Assembly (NCBI GenBank): GCA_963719505.1
Contig: CAVRCF010000005.1
Span: 480,001 to 544,000 of the forward strand
From: Halobacteriovoraceae bacterium
GTDB taxonomy: Bacteria > Bdellovibrionota > Bacteriovoracia > Bacteriovoracales > Bacteriovoracaceae
Direction: 5' to 3'
DNA: 64,000 bases
A program made the position numbers and the translations under genes. Positions 10,067 through 19,762 of this stretch are shown here, piece by piece (positions within the stretch are counted from its first letter, which is position 1; each line of letters starts with the position of its first letter). The notes beneath the pieces are model-generated. The model was not told where the DNA came from. It saw only the letters and a program-made list of their open reading frames with translations, and made no database searches.

Positions 10067-11058
10067 TGAGTGACATAAGCTATAGTCGATCAAATAGAAA
10101 CTCAAGCTTTGTTCTTCTTGCGTTTTTATTAGCAATCGTTTTTCTCATAGCCATCTCTGAGGTCTTTAAAGGAACTGGTCGAGACCTTGGGGATGAAAGC
10201 CAATTGTTAAGTCCTATTAGGCCCGATATTTTGGCCAATATAAAAACAATCAAGCTCAAAAATAATCTTGGAACCTATACAGTCACAAAGGATACTAATG
10301 GCTGGCTTCTTAAAGAGCCAAGACTAATGCCTGCAAACTCAGAAGTTATTTCTGAGCTTTTGAAAGATCTCTCTACAACATCGGTAAAGTCCACAATCCC
10401 AAAGGATCCTATTAATCTGAGCAACTTTGCTCTTGAAAACCCTTCAGTTTCTGTCGACTTATTCACTGAGCTTGATGAGCAGTTAAAAATACAAATTGGT
10501 CTTATCAACCCTATTAACAATACAACTTATATTTCTGTTAATGACAACGAGAGTATTTACCAAGTTGATGTCTTTAAAACAAACTTTCAGTCATATAGAC
10601 TCTCCGACCTCATAGACTCCTCGGTATTTTCCCCCAAATTATCCGATATCAATGAGCTAAGAATCTACAGTCGAGACTATAGAGACCCAACCAGTGAACT
10701 TATAAGAGGAGAAGAAAACTGGAAAAGTAAAAAATACAAAACAATAACGAAAGAGAACGTAGATAAAAAAATTGAGCAGATACTTAATATAAATACCCAT
10801 ATGATCATCGATAAACAAAATGAAGAGCTTAAGACCATGCTCTCAAACTATCTTGAAAAACCTCTATACAGAATTGTTTTAACGATAGAGGGAAAAATTA
10901 TTGAATATAAAATCTCTACTCTTTTAAAAGCAATCCCTGAACTAAAGCTTGAAAATAGGCAGTATTTTTTAATGACAGCCTCTGATAGACAATACACTTA
11001 CGTTATCCCAAAAATCAATATGGACCAATTCTATATTCGCTACAGCGACTTAAAGTAA
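10066..11058 (+). CDS. DUF4340-like membrane-anchored protein
   Basis: N-terminal TM helix; W..KEP...AN...L, FALENP and IG..NP patterns. Confidence 0.7.
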   Translation: MSDISYSRSNRNSSFVLLAFLLAIVFLIAISEVFKGTGRDLGDESQLLSPIRPDILANIKTIKLKNNLGTYTVTKDTNGWLLKEPRLMPANSEVISELLKDLSTTSVKSTIPKDPINLSNFALENPSVSVDLFTELDEQLKIQIGLINPINNTTYISVNDNESIYQVDVFKTNFQSYRLSDLIDSSVFSPKLSDINELRIYSRDYRDPTSELIRGEENWKSKKYKTITKENVDKKIEQILNINTHMIIDKQNEELKTMLSNYLEKPLYRIVLTIEGKIIEYKISTLLKAIPELKLENRQYFLMTASDRQYTYVIPKINMDQFYIRYSDLK

Positions 11059-11061
11059 AAA

Positions 11062-11718
11062 CTAAATTTTTCGAAGAAGAGACACACCATCCACAAATGG
11101 TAAGAATATGGATTCAAACTTTTGAGATTGAGCAATGTATTGATGAAGAGCCCTAATATTAGCAGCCGTTTTTTTCTTTGCAACAACTTCGTCATCGAGA
11201 AAGCTTCCTCTCCAATAAGAGTTGTCGATTAAAACAATGCCGTTTTGATTTAATTTATCGTGAGACTTTTCTAAAAACTCCAAATAATCTGCCTTTACAC
11301 CATCAATTAAAATAAAATCAAAATCTTGCATTGATTCAAAAACTTCGAAAGCATCATTTTGATGGTACTCCAACTTCTGTTTCCAAGAGGGTTTCCACGG
11401 AAGATTGTGATGAATCTGCTCAAGATCATCCCTTTTTTCCGTCAAAATAACTTTCTCAATTTGATGATCACTCAAAGAATACCAAAAACAACTTTGGCCA
11501 TAGCCAGATCCAAATTCAAATATTCTTTTTGGTCTCAGCCAATGAAAAAGAAAACTAATAAAACTTCCTACATCATCATGAATTGCTGGGAAGTTAAGCT
11601 CTACCTCAAGCTGCTTTAAAAGTGTGTAGAGGGCTTTATTGTTGTCATCGAGGTGCAAGTAAGGATTTGACTGAGAAAATGTATTAAGTGACTCAAAACT
11701 AAAAGGAAAATCGCGCAT
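11062..11718 (-). CDS. SAM-dependent O-methyltransferase (YrrM/TrmR-like)
   Basis: EFGSGYGQS, FDFILIDGVK and GIVLIDN. Confidence 0.85.
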   Translation of the reverse strand: MRDFPFSFESLNTFSQSNPYLHLDDNNKALYTLLKQLEVELNFPAIHDDVGSFISFLFHWLRPKRIFEFGSGYGQSCFWYSLSDHQIEKVILTEKRDDLEQIHHNLPWKPSWKQKLEYHQNDAFEVFESMQDFDFILIDGVKADYLEFLEKSHDKLNQNGIVLIDNSYWRGSFLDDEVVAKKKTAANIRALHQYIAQSQKFESIFLPFVDGVSLLRKI

Positions 11719-11726
11719 ATTGCCTC

Positions 11727-11754
11727 AAAAAAAAAGCCACCTTAAAGGTGGCTT
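11727..11754 (-). terminator. Intrinsic terminator after rpmG
   Basis: AAGCCACC/GGTGGCTT stem followed by a T-tract on the minus strand. Confidence 0.85.
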
Positions 11755-11757
11755 ATA

Positions 11758-11934
11758 TTACTTAATTTCTTTGTGAACTGTATGCTTTCTCAAAGATGGA
11801 TTATACTTTTTAAGTTCTAATCTCTCTGGATGAGTTTTTTTATTTTTTGTCGTTGTATAACGCGAAGGAGATTTTCCAATCTTTCTTGCTTCTGTACATT
11901 CTAAAGTGATGATTACTCTTGGCCCCTTTGCCAT
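11758..11934 (-). CDS. rpmG: 50S ribosomal protein L33 (58 aa)
   Basis: Below the ORF-track cutoff. Manual translation [58 protein letters not shown], with GGAGG RBS. Confidence 0.97.
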   Translation of the reverse strand: MAKGPRVIITLECTEARKIGKSPSRYTTTKNKKTHPERLELKKYNPSLRKHTVHKEIK

Positions 11935-12056
11935 ATTTCCTCCGGTATCTGAAAACTTTCATTTTGATTAATGTTTTATCTATAAAGATTGGTAACTTAC
12001 TATTTTCATGCTAAGTTTGACAAGAAAAATATACTAAAGATTGGAAATATATTGCG

Positions 12057-12338
12057 ATGAAAATAATAAACGAACAGAACTGGACATATACCCACTACAA
12101 AGCCACTGATTTTAAAGCCTTTGTTTCTATAGGTGGAGCTCCTGAGCTCGCTGACGATGATTTTATCTATATGGCCACAATTATCGATACCAATGAGAAC
12201 GAAATTCTTCAAAAAGATTTCAAAAGCATTGATGCAGCGTGTGATTTCTTAAATTCAAAATATTCTGACCTTTGGGACTTCGTCGATGCGCGAGTGGCCA
12301 AGAAAGAAGGTGGTTGCGACAGCTGTGCCGCTCACTAA
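12057..12338 (+). CDS. Small hypothetical protein with C-terminal GGCDSCAAH
   Basis: 93-aa ORF filling the intergenic space; terminal CxxCxxH. Confidence 0.7.
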   Translation: MKIINEQNWTYTHYKATDFKAFVSIGGAPELADDDFIYMATIIDTNENEILQKDFKSIDAACDFLNSKYSDLWDFVDARVAKKEGGCDSCAAH

Positions 12339-12344
12339 GGATCA

Positions 12345-13334
12345 CTAAGGAAGAAACTCCAAGTCAAAGAAGTTAGTAATTCGATCGATAAGCTCATTGA
12401 GCTTAGGCTCAATAAAGTCAAAATCTCTTTTTAAATCAAACAAACTAACCCCAGTAAGCTTTGTTTCAATTTCCCTAATCAAAAGAGGATGAACTAAGTC
12501 ATTACTTACTTCAACTTTTTCAATAATAGTCTTCCTTATCCCCATTTCAATATCATAATCTCCAAATTTTTCTCTAATGCTAAATTTTGGTGTTTCTTCA
12601 TAACGCCACTTTCTGGACTTAAGCTTATTGAGATACTCTCCATTATTAATGACAGAAAAAAGTGGATGTTCCTCATCAACAATTTCAGGGCGGTCCACTA
12701 GATTTGTCTTTGTCCTAAAAACGTCTACTAAAGAATTGATGAATATGTCGTTGGTTAAATGCTCTTGTTGTTGGGTAATATTGGCAACAACACTTCTTAT
12801 TGAGCTGATACTCTTACTCTCTAAATGACCTTTATCTGAGTGAATATAGTCATTTAGTTTTCCAATATCTGAACTGACCAGCATTGTCCCATGGTGGAAA
12901 GCGGTATCTTTTTTCTCTTTTGAGGCACTCCCCGAAATTTTTCTATTTTGAGGCTCTGTAAGCCTTATGTCTCCTCTTTGAGTAAAAGTGGCATCGACAC
13001 CCAACTTACCTAATGCATCGACCACTAAGGCGTGATTCCAGCTCTTTGAATAGAAGTTTTTGTCACTCACAAAGGAAAAGTTCACGTTGCCCTGGTCGTG
13101 ATAAACACAACCCCCACCAGATTGCCTCCTCACCAATAAGACATTGTCTCGACACATTTTTTGCAAATGACACTCAATCCATGGGTTTTGAAATCTCCCA
13201 AAGACGACACATGGCTTATTCACGTAAAGAAGCAAAATAACCTTATCTTTTGCCAATTTTGTGAGCAAAAAGTCCTCGAGAGCCAAGTTAAAATAGGGAT
13301 CTGAAGATTTAGATATATATATAAGTGAATTCAA
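12345..13334 (-). CDS. lplA: Lipoate-protein ligase A
   Basis: DPYFNLALE, GRFQNPW, RRQSGGGCVYHD, KISGSA and HHGTML. Confidence 0.93.
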   Translation of the reverse strand: MNSLIYISKSSDPYFNLALEDFLLTKLAKDKVILLLYVNKPCVVFGRFQNPWIECHLQKMCRDNVLLVRRQSGGGCVYHDQGNVNFSFVSDKNFYSKSWNHALVVDALGKLGVDATFTQRGDIRLTEPQNRKISGSASKEKKDTAFHHGTMLVSSDIGKLNDYIHSDKGHLESKSISSIRSVVANITQQQEHLTNDIFINSLVDVFRTKTNLVDRPEIVDEEHPLFSVINNGEYLNKLKSRKWRYEETPKFSIREKFGDYDIEMGIRKTIIEKVEVSNDLVHPLLIREIETKLTGVSLFDLKRDFDFIEPKLNELIDRITNFFDLEFLP

Positions 13335-13409
13335 TTGGACCCCAGTTTAAACTATTTCTCTCATAGGAGGATATGTTATATAATAACAGCATACTTAAAT
13401 GGAGTAAAA

Positions 13410-14624
13410 ATGAAAAAGCTCAAATATCTATCGACTATATATTCTGACGAAGCGACTTCCAAAGATGTAGAAGAACTCATATCAGCAAAAGAGAATTACT
13501 GGAAGGGTTGGAGCTGTACTGCAGGTATTAATAATCTTTATATAGACTACGACGGAAACGTGTTCGTTTGTAATAACTCCAGCTCCAAGCTCGATCGCTT
13601 TAATTACGAGGGCTGGGAGAAGAGAATCGTCGAGCTCAAAGAGAAGGGAATTGACCTTCTCACTGAAGAAGCCCATAAATCAGGACTCTATAAAAAACAC
13701 CAAAGAGCATTTGAGAGATCTGGTAGAGGCTTTGGAAACGAATTAGATTTCTACGAGCCCGAGTCATTTGAGCAGAATTGGGGATTTTTGGGAAGCATCT
13801 ATCAGAATTTTACTATCAATAAAAAAATAGTTAAATGTCCCTACGAGCAGTGTGGATGTGGAGCCGATATTCCAATCACAAAAGCGAGTGATCCAAAGTA
13901 TCTCAAAGCCTTTATCCTCGGCGGAATTTCAGAGGTCGAAAAGCAAGTAAACAAAGACGATATAAAAGACGGATCTCTCCAGCTTGTGACAAAAAGAGGT
14001 GGTATCCTTCCCACTATTCTTTGGGATCTAGGTAGAAGATGCAATTATGATTGCTCTTACTGTTGGCCCGCGGTCCACAATGCCAAAGAAGAGCATAAAG
14101 ATATAGAACTGTTAAAGAAAACATGTAAAAAAATAATGGATGAGCTAGCACCAGGAAAAGTAAAACTTTTCTGCTTCTCAGGCGGAGAACCTACCCTACA
14201 CCCCGATATCACAGAGCTTTTGGAGTTTATTCACATCAATGGACACAGGACATTGATGACGACAAATGGCTCAGCAAAACAAGACAAATGGAAGCAAATT
14301 GCTCCCCTTATCTCCGATATCCAAATGAGTGCACATTTTGAGTCACTCAATGATCAACTTTTTTTGGAAAACGTAGATGTATCTTTAAAAGAGCTTATAA
14401 AAAGTAAAGGGCGAAAGAGTTTAGATGTAAAACTAATGACTCCTCCAGGTGAAATTGAAAGAAGCCTTAAAATGAAAAGCAATATTGAGAAGCTTGAATC
14501 GTTAAAAGAGATTCAACAAGCAAGTTACGAGGGCTTCATCGGTGTCACACTCGTTCCTCTTCGTGGAATCGATAACTCAGAACAGCTCCTAGATTATACA
14601 GAAGAGGAACTCAAAGCTTTTTAA
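13410..14624 (+). CDS. Radical SAM protein with N-terminal twitch-like auxiliary Fe-S domain
   Basis: GGAG RBS before ATG 13410. N-terminal WKGWSCTAG...IDYDGNVFVC...CPYEQCGCGAD; C-terminal CNYDCSYC, SGGEPT and TTNG. Confidence 0.88.
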   Translation: MKKLKYLSTIYSDEATSKDVEELISAKENYWKGWSCTAGINNLYIDYDGNVFVCNNSSSKLDRFNYEGWEKRIVELKEKGIDLLTEEAHKSGLYKKHQRAFERSGRGFGNELDFYEPESFEQNWGFLGSIYQNFTINKKIVKCPYEQCGCGADIPITKASDPKYLKAFILGGISEVEKQVNKDDIKDGSLQLVTKRGGILPTILWDLGRRCNYDCSYCWPAVHNAKEEHKDIELLKKTCKKIMDELAPGKVKLFCFSGGEPTLHPDITELLEFIHINGHRTLMTTNGSAKQDKWKQIAPLISDIQMSAHFESLNDQLFLENVDVSLKELIKSKGRKSLDVKLMTPPGEIERSLKMKSNIEKLESLKEIQQASYEGFIGVTLVPLRGIDNSEQLLDYTEEELKAF

Positions 14625-16443
14625 TTTTTGTGGTCATAATATCTTGACCACAAGAGCATTGTTCTTTATTACAAAGAATTGGTTTTTTTGGGAATCTTAT
14701 TTTGAAGTCATTTATATTACCAAAAACTCCGCCTACTCCACACCAACCTCTCAAAAGCTTACCGTAGAAATCAACACAAATCGTCTCAAGGCCTATATTA
14801 CAATCCCATCCACTCCAGTGATTGAAATTATTTGATATCAATTCAGCTGAATTTGTTCTTAGTTTTTCTCCACCTTTGAAGTTTAAAATAAGCTCACCTC
14901 TTGAGTGATATCGATCACCTTTGAAGGGTTCAACATCAACTGAACGGTTAAGAGATTGAGAGTTTAAAACTTTCATTTGATCACTTGTATAATCGAACAT
15001 CTTCCCATCCATCCCTTCAAGAAGAGGCTGGAGGGCAATGGTCACTGGTGATTCATTGATAATAGATTGGGCCAACTCATGACAAAGATCAAAGTTTTCA
15101 GGCTTCATCATTATATTAACGTGAACTGAAGTTTTTCTACTCGTATATTTGATCACTTTTTGAAAGTGCTCTGGATCCCCTTGTTCTGAGTGAAAGCTGA
15201 ACATGATATGATCAAGAAATTCTAAATTCTCTTCCCAAAATTCAATTTTTCGAGCACCATTTGAAATGATGGCTACATAATGCCCAAGACTTTTTATATG
15301 CCTAATAAGCTCCTTAAACCCTTTATAATAGGTGACTTCGCCACCAGTGAGTTCAAAATGAACTTTTTTATCAGGATACTCGGCCACAACTCGTTCCACA
15401 AATTTTTTGGCAACCTCAAGCTCAACTCCTCTGCTGGTTCCGTTGTGAAGTTCGTCCGGGCAATAAGTACATTTATAATTACATATATTTGTTAGACACC
15501 AATTAACAATAAGTTGGTCTTTATGTTTTTCGTGAACATGAACAAGTGAGCTTGCATCAGACTTTTTATTAACAGCTTGATCCAAATTGATAAACTGAGA
15601 AGGTGTAAATTTTTTCTCTTCGCTGTCAGCTTTACTAGTGACAACTGGAGTCTGATGATTTTTTTCAACTCGTTGTCTATCATTTATCTTTGCATGAACA
15701 ATGAAGTCTTCAGGTATGACATTACTAATTTGCGTTCGTCTACTTAGAGAGGAGGAACGAACAAAAAGGTAACTCAAAAGACTGGTAAAAACATGGAAAA
15801 AAGAGGCCGTGTTGTAGCGATAAAAACTTTTTCTCACAAGAGGCACTCTGTCTAGAAACCTAATATTGAATCTTCGATAGAAACTAAAAAGAATAAGGTG
15901 AAAAAAGATAAACTGATTATCGGGAAGATAAGAGAGATCCTGATAGTCATTTGAAAAGTCCTGGGTTCGAAGAAGATAACAAGAATCACCAGAGACATCT
16001 TTTATAAACTTCATGCCTACAACAGATGAGAAGAAGGTTGATAAAGAGAAGAAAGCCCTCCCAATTGATAAATCTTTGGGTATTCTGGATGATGATATAA
16101 GAGAGTAATTTACTTTATCAGTGGAGCCTATAAAATTTAAAAAGTTTTCATAGTCATCATCACAACCCTCATTAAAGATGGCCGTGTATTCAACTTTCCA
16201 TTCTTTCGCAATAGTTAAGCCAATTTTACACCTATGAGAGGCATCTATATAATCCGTCAGCATTAAAGAATACTCAAAGCCACTCATTTCTCTTTCTATG
16301 TTAGACTTTTCATCTTGAAACTCTCTTGGAATCAAAATGAGAAGATGCTTGGGGAAACTATGTCCTCTTAATCTATCAACGAGACTGTAGAAATAGCGTG
16401 TATCTTTAAAAAATGGGATTACACACAGTGTCTTAAAACTCAT
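14611..16443 (-). CDS. Degenerate GT2-like domain fused to radical SAM and a C-terminal twitch-like domain
   Basis: N-terminus resembles DPM-like GT2 (VIP..., SSR, KDVSG). CNYKCTYC, TGGEVT and ISNG. C-terminal WSGWDCNIG...GWC...CNKEQCSCGQD. Confidence 0.8.
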   Translation of the reverse strand: MSFKTLCVIPFFKDTRYFYSLVDRLRGHSFPKHLLILIPREFQDEKSNIEREMSGFEYSLMLTDYIDASHRCKIGLTIAKEWKVEYTAIFNEGCDDDYENFLNFIGSTDKVNYSLISSSRIPKDLSIGRAFFSLSTFFSSVVGMKFIKDVSGDSCYLLRTQDFSNDYQDLSYLPDNQFIFFHLILFSFYRRFNIRFLDRVPLVRKSFYRYNTASFFHVFTSLLSYLFVRSSSLSRRTQISNVIPEDFIVHAKINDRQRVEKNHQTPVVTSKADSEEKKFTPSQFINLDQAVNKKSDASSLVHVHEKHKDQLIVNWCLTNICNYKCTYCPDELHNGTSRGVELEVAKKFVERVVAEYPDKKVHFELTGGEVTYYKGFKELIRHIKSLGHYVAIISNGARKIEFWEENLEFLDHIMFSFHSEQGDPEHFQKVIKYTSRKTSVHVNIMMKPENFDLCHELAQSIINESPVTIALQPLLEGMDGKMFDYTSDQMKVLNSQSLNRSVDVEPFKGDRYHSRGELILNFKGGEKLRTNSAELISNNFNHWSGWDCNIGLETICVDFYGKLLRGWCGVGGVFGNINDFKIRFPKKPILCNKEQCSCGQDIMTTKIKKL

Positions 16444-16500
16444 ATTATCTTCCTTGTTTGAAGTATTATATCAAAGAATTACTTCGAGAGTACAACTAAT

Positions 16501-17865
16501 TTACTTAGGTGGAGCGTAAAGGAGCAATTTATCTGAGTATTTTATGCCTTTCTCGGTGGTCCAGTCTAGAAAATATCCGATCCCAAACTTTCTAAAAAAA
16601 CTCGAGGATCCCTTCTCGTCTAAAACAATATATTTTATTTCACCTGGGCTATTCCAAAGGATAAAAAGAAGAGTAACAGCGTGACTAGTCGATAAATAGC
16701 CTAAATTTCTGTACCCTATCGCCGGAAATTTTTCAAACTCTATCAAACCTTCGCGATCTTTAACCGCATAGAGATAATCTTTTTTCTTTTTTAAAAAGCT
16801 AAACTCCATAAACAAAAGAGAAAAGAAAAGTGAGTAAGCGATAAATTTAAAGCTCCTTAAAAAGATCTTTTCTCGCTCTGGAAAAAGAACCAGGACAAAA
16901 ATGACTATAATGATAAAACCTGCACATATAATTGTCGCAAATGTTCGACCAGCGTAGGGCATCCACAAATCAAACCAGTTGAGCTCCATGAAGACAAAGT
17001 AATTTAACAGGGCACTAAAAACGAAACCAACAAGTTTCATTTTTGGTTTCCACAAACAAAAGAGACTTGTGACTAAAGCCATAGAAAAATTAACAGCCAA
17101 TAACCGAATCAAAACATAGTGCTTATAGCCTTGGAAAAAATTATTGTAATTCCCTGTGTATATTTCTCTATAGAGATTGATTGCATAGATTTGAAAAATA
17201 ATAGAGCTGACCAAAATAAAATAAAGGCTCCAAGCATATTTTTTTTCAAGTTTTTGGGAAAAGACAAACGCAATAAGAAAAGGGCTCACTAAAACAGGAA
17301 GTGGATAGCAACCATTGGCCAAAACAAAAAATAAAATAAACATCCAAAATCTTTTGCCATTTATTTTACATAAAAGTTGAGTCGCAGCGATCCATAAAAA
17401 GCTTATTGCAGGAATAAGCTCACTTACGTGACAAAGAAAACAACTAACAAAGCATAAAAACAAACCAATGGCATGATAAATGGCCAGATGGACCTTCTCC
17501 TTTGGCAAAGTAAAATAGTTAAAAAGGAGGCAAATAAGAGGTATAGAGACGTGAGTAATCTCAAAGATCCGAGAAAGAGTGAGGAGATCATTACCTATAT
17601 AGTTTATGTAAAAGACACTAGGATAATGCAAAACAGCAAAGCCAATATGCCTAAGATCGGGGTGAAAGATCACTTTTTTTCGAATGGAAATCGTGAAAAT
17701 ATACTCGGAAGCATCGTAAAGAAGGGATGACCCAAACATCACAGCTAAAGCACTTAGTATGCATAAGCCGCAAAAAAGAATCCAAAAGTCTTTTCTGATA
17801 TTTTCGATAGTTAACCTCAATATAAAATTCTTTTTAATTTTATTGAATTTAAAGTTATAATGCAA
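16501..17865 (-). CDS. Polytopic membrane protein, GT-C-like
   Basis: About 11-12 hydrophobic segments, an acidic YD just after the first TM and a soluble C-terminal tail; lies in a glycosylation gene context. Confidence 0.5.
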   Translation of the reverse strand: MHYNFKFNKIKKNFILRLTIENIRKDFWILFCGLCILSALAVMFGSSLLYDASEYIFTISIRKKVIFHPDLRHIGFAVLHYPSVFYINYIGNDLLTLSRIFEITHVSIPLICLLFNYFTLPKEKVHLAIYHAIGLFLCFVSCFLCHVSELIPAISFLWIAATQLLCKINGKRFWMFILFFVLANGCYPLPVLVSPFLIAFVFSQKLEKKYAWSLYFILVSSIIFQIYAINLYREIYTGNYNNFFQGYKHYVLIRLLAVNFSMALVTSLFCLWKPKMKLVGFVFSALLNYFVFMELNWFDLWMPYAGRTFATIICAGFIIIVIFVLVLFPEREKIFLRSFKFIAYSLFFSLLFMEFSFLKKKKDYLYAVKDREGLIEFEKFPAIGYRNLGYLSTSHAVTLLFILWNSPGEIKYIVLDEKGSSSFFRKFGIGYFLDWTTEKGIKYSDKLLLYAPPK

Positions 17866-17890
17866 TCTCTACCTAAAAAAGGAATCATTA

Positions 17891-19762
17891 ATGTGCGGCA
17901 TATTTGGATTTGTTAACTTAAATCAGCAAAATCTAGAAGGTGCTGAGTTAGAACATGATATCAATAAATTTCTCAAACTCTCAGAGATAAGAGGAAAAGA
18001 CTCGACAGGCCTTGTTATTGAAAAAGAAAACAATCTCGACCTCATAAAGCTTCCTCTAACAGCTTCCAAATTTATGAATACTGATAAATTTAAAGATTTC
18101 AAAAAAAAGAATCTATCGGGAAATATTCAAACACAAAATTTTAGTTATATGGGGCACTGTCGACTGATGACCTCGGGTGCCAGTTTTAATGATCACAATA
18201 ATCAACCGATCGTATCGGGAGATATTATAGGTGTTCACAATGGAATTATTACCAGCGCACCAAAGGACTTCAATGATTCACAGTATATTTTAAAGACAAT
18301 TGAGATGTTTTATAAACAAGAAAATTCTAGCGAGAGTCTGTGCTCTTATCTGACTCAAAAGACCACGGGATCATTTACTTGTGCTTTTTATCATCAACGC
18401 CTGAGACAGCTTATTATAATCACAAATGTAGGCTCTTTATATTATATTAAAAATGAGCATTATTTCCTCTATGCTTCCGAAAGAGAAATACTCCAAAAAT
18501 TTCTAAAAAGTTCTGCTCTTGAAAACATTGACAATAATATTATCACTCAACTAAAACCTCATGAGCAATTAGCAATAGATTTAGAATCAAGAAAAGTTGT
18601 CTCAAGTGAAGAGAAAATGATTTATAGAGACGACAATTTTTATAACGTTAACTACTCGATACGATCTCCAGACAGTCTTAAAAGGTGCTCTCGCTGTATC
18701 CTTCCCTCCACCTACCCTTTTATCCATTTTGATACAAAAGGTGTTTGTAACTTCTGTCTCCATTACCAAAAACAAAAGCTTCACGGCGAGGAAGCTCTTT
18801 TGAGATACCTCGATAAATTTCGCTCCAAAGATGGATCACCAGACACTTTGGTTGGACTTAGTGGAGGAAGAGATAGTTGTTATGGAATTCATCTTCTAAA
18901 GACAAAGTACGGTATGAATCCTGTAGCTTATACATTTGACTGGGGCTTAACAACGGAGATCTCAAGAAAAAATCAAGCTCTCATGTGCGGGGAACTTGGG
19001 ATAGAGCATATAATCAGAACACCAGATATCGTTAAAAAGCGTCGATTTGTGAGAAAAAATGTCATGGCATGGTGTAAGAAGCCTCATCTTGGAATGGTCC
19101 CTCTCTTTCAAGCTGGTGATAAAGAATTTTATCACTATGGACGCAAGCTTAGAGAAGAACTCAATATAGACCTGACTGTCCTATGCTCTGGCTACCAACT
19201 TGAACAAAGAGAGTTTATGATAGGCTTTGCGGGAGTCGATCAACCGCCGGTGAGAAACAATCACGACTTTTACTATCACCCCATGAGCACAAAGCTTCAC
19301 TTGGCATATCGTTACTGCCTAGAGTATTTAAAGAATCCTGCTTATATCAACGAGAGTTTTTACGAAAGTGTGCGGGCTTATTTTATGAGTTTTTTTGCAA
19401 AGTCAGATTTTCTCTACCTCTTTCATTATCTCCCTTGGAATGAATCCGAAATCGATTCCGTCCTGAAGAATAAATACGGATGGATTACCGACGATGGCTA
19501 TGGAAAAAACCAGTGGCGTATGGGAGATGGCCAGACAGCATTTAATAATTATATCTACTATAAAGTTGCCGGGTTCTCAGAATATGATACCTTTCGCTCC
19601 AATCAAATTCGCGAAGGGTTGATCTCACGAGACGAGGCGATAAAACTGACAAAGCTTGATAACATACCTAAAACTGAAAGCATGAATGAATTTTTTAAAC
19701 TTATCGGACTCTCAGAAGAAGAAGTGATGAGAAGGATTGAATCTATCCCCACCCTTTATTGA
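17891..19762 (+). CDS. Class II (Ntn) glutaminase fused to PP-loop N-acetyl-sugar amidotransferase (WbuX/PseA-like)
   Basis: N-terminal MCGIFG, RGKDSTG, GHCR and HNG; C-terminal RCSRCILP...CNFC, GLSGGRDS and IREGLISRDEA. Confidence 0.85.
   Translation: MCGIFGFVNLNQQNLEGAELEHDINKFLKLSEIRGKDSTGLVIEKENNLDLIKLPLTASKFMNTDKFKDFKKKNLSGNIQTQNFSYMGHCRLMTSGASFNDHNNQPIVSGDIIGVHNGIITSAPKDFNDSQYILKTIEMFYKQENSSESLCSYLTQKTTGSFTCAFYHQRLRQLIIITNVGSLYYIKNEHYFLYASEREILQKFLKSSALENIDNNIITQLKPHEQLAIDLESRKVVSSEEKMIYRDDNFYNVNYSIRSPDSLKRCSRCILPSTYPFIHFDTKGVCNFCLHYQKQKLHGEEALLRYLDKFRSKDGSPDTLVGLSGGRDSCYGIHLLKTKYGMNPVAYTFDWGLTTEISRKNQALMCGELGIEHIIRTPDIVKKRRFVRKNVMAWCKKPHLGMVPLFQAGDKEFYHYGRKLREELNIDLTVLCSGYQLEQREFMIGFAGVDQPPVRNNHDFYYHPMSTKLHLAYRYCLEYLKNPAYINESFYESVRAYFMSFFAKSDFLYLFHYLPWNESEIDSVLKNKYGWITDDGYGKNQWRMGDGQTAFNNYIYYKVAGFSEYDTFRSNQIREGLISRDEAIKLTKLDNIPKTESMNEFFKLIGLSEEEVMRRIESIPTLY

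Noticed and set aside
13410-16443. Prokaryotic viperin antiviral genes
   Set aside because: The VNW...CNYxCxYC start is superficially similar, but both proteins carry an auxiliary Cys-rich Fe-S domain and sit with glycosylation genes, with no defence context. An HMM search would settle it.
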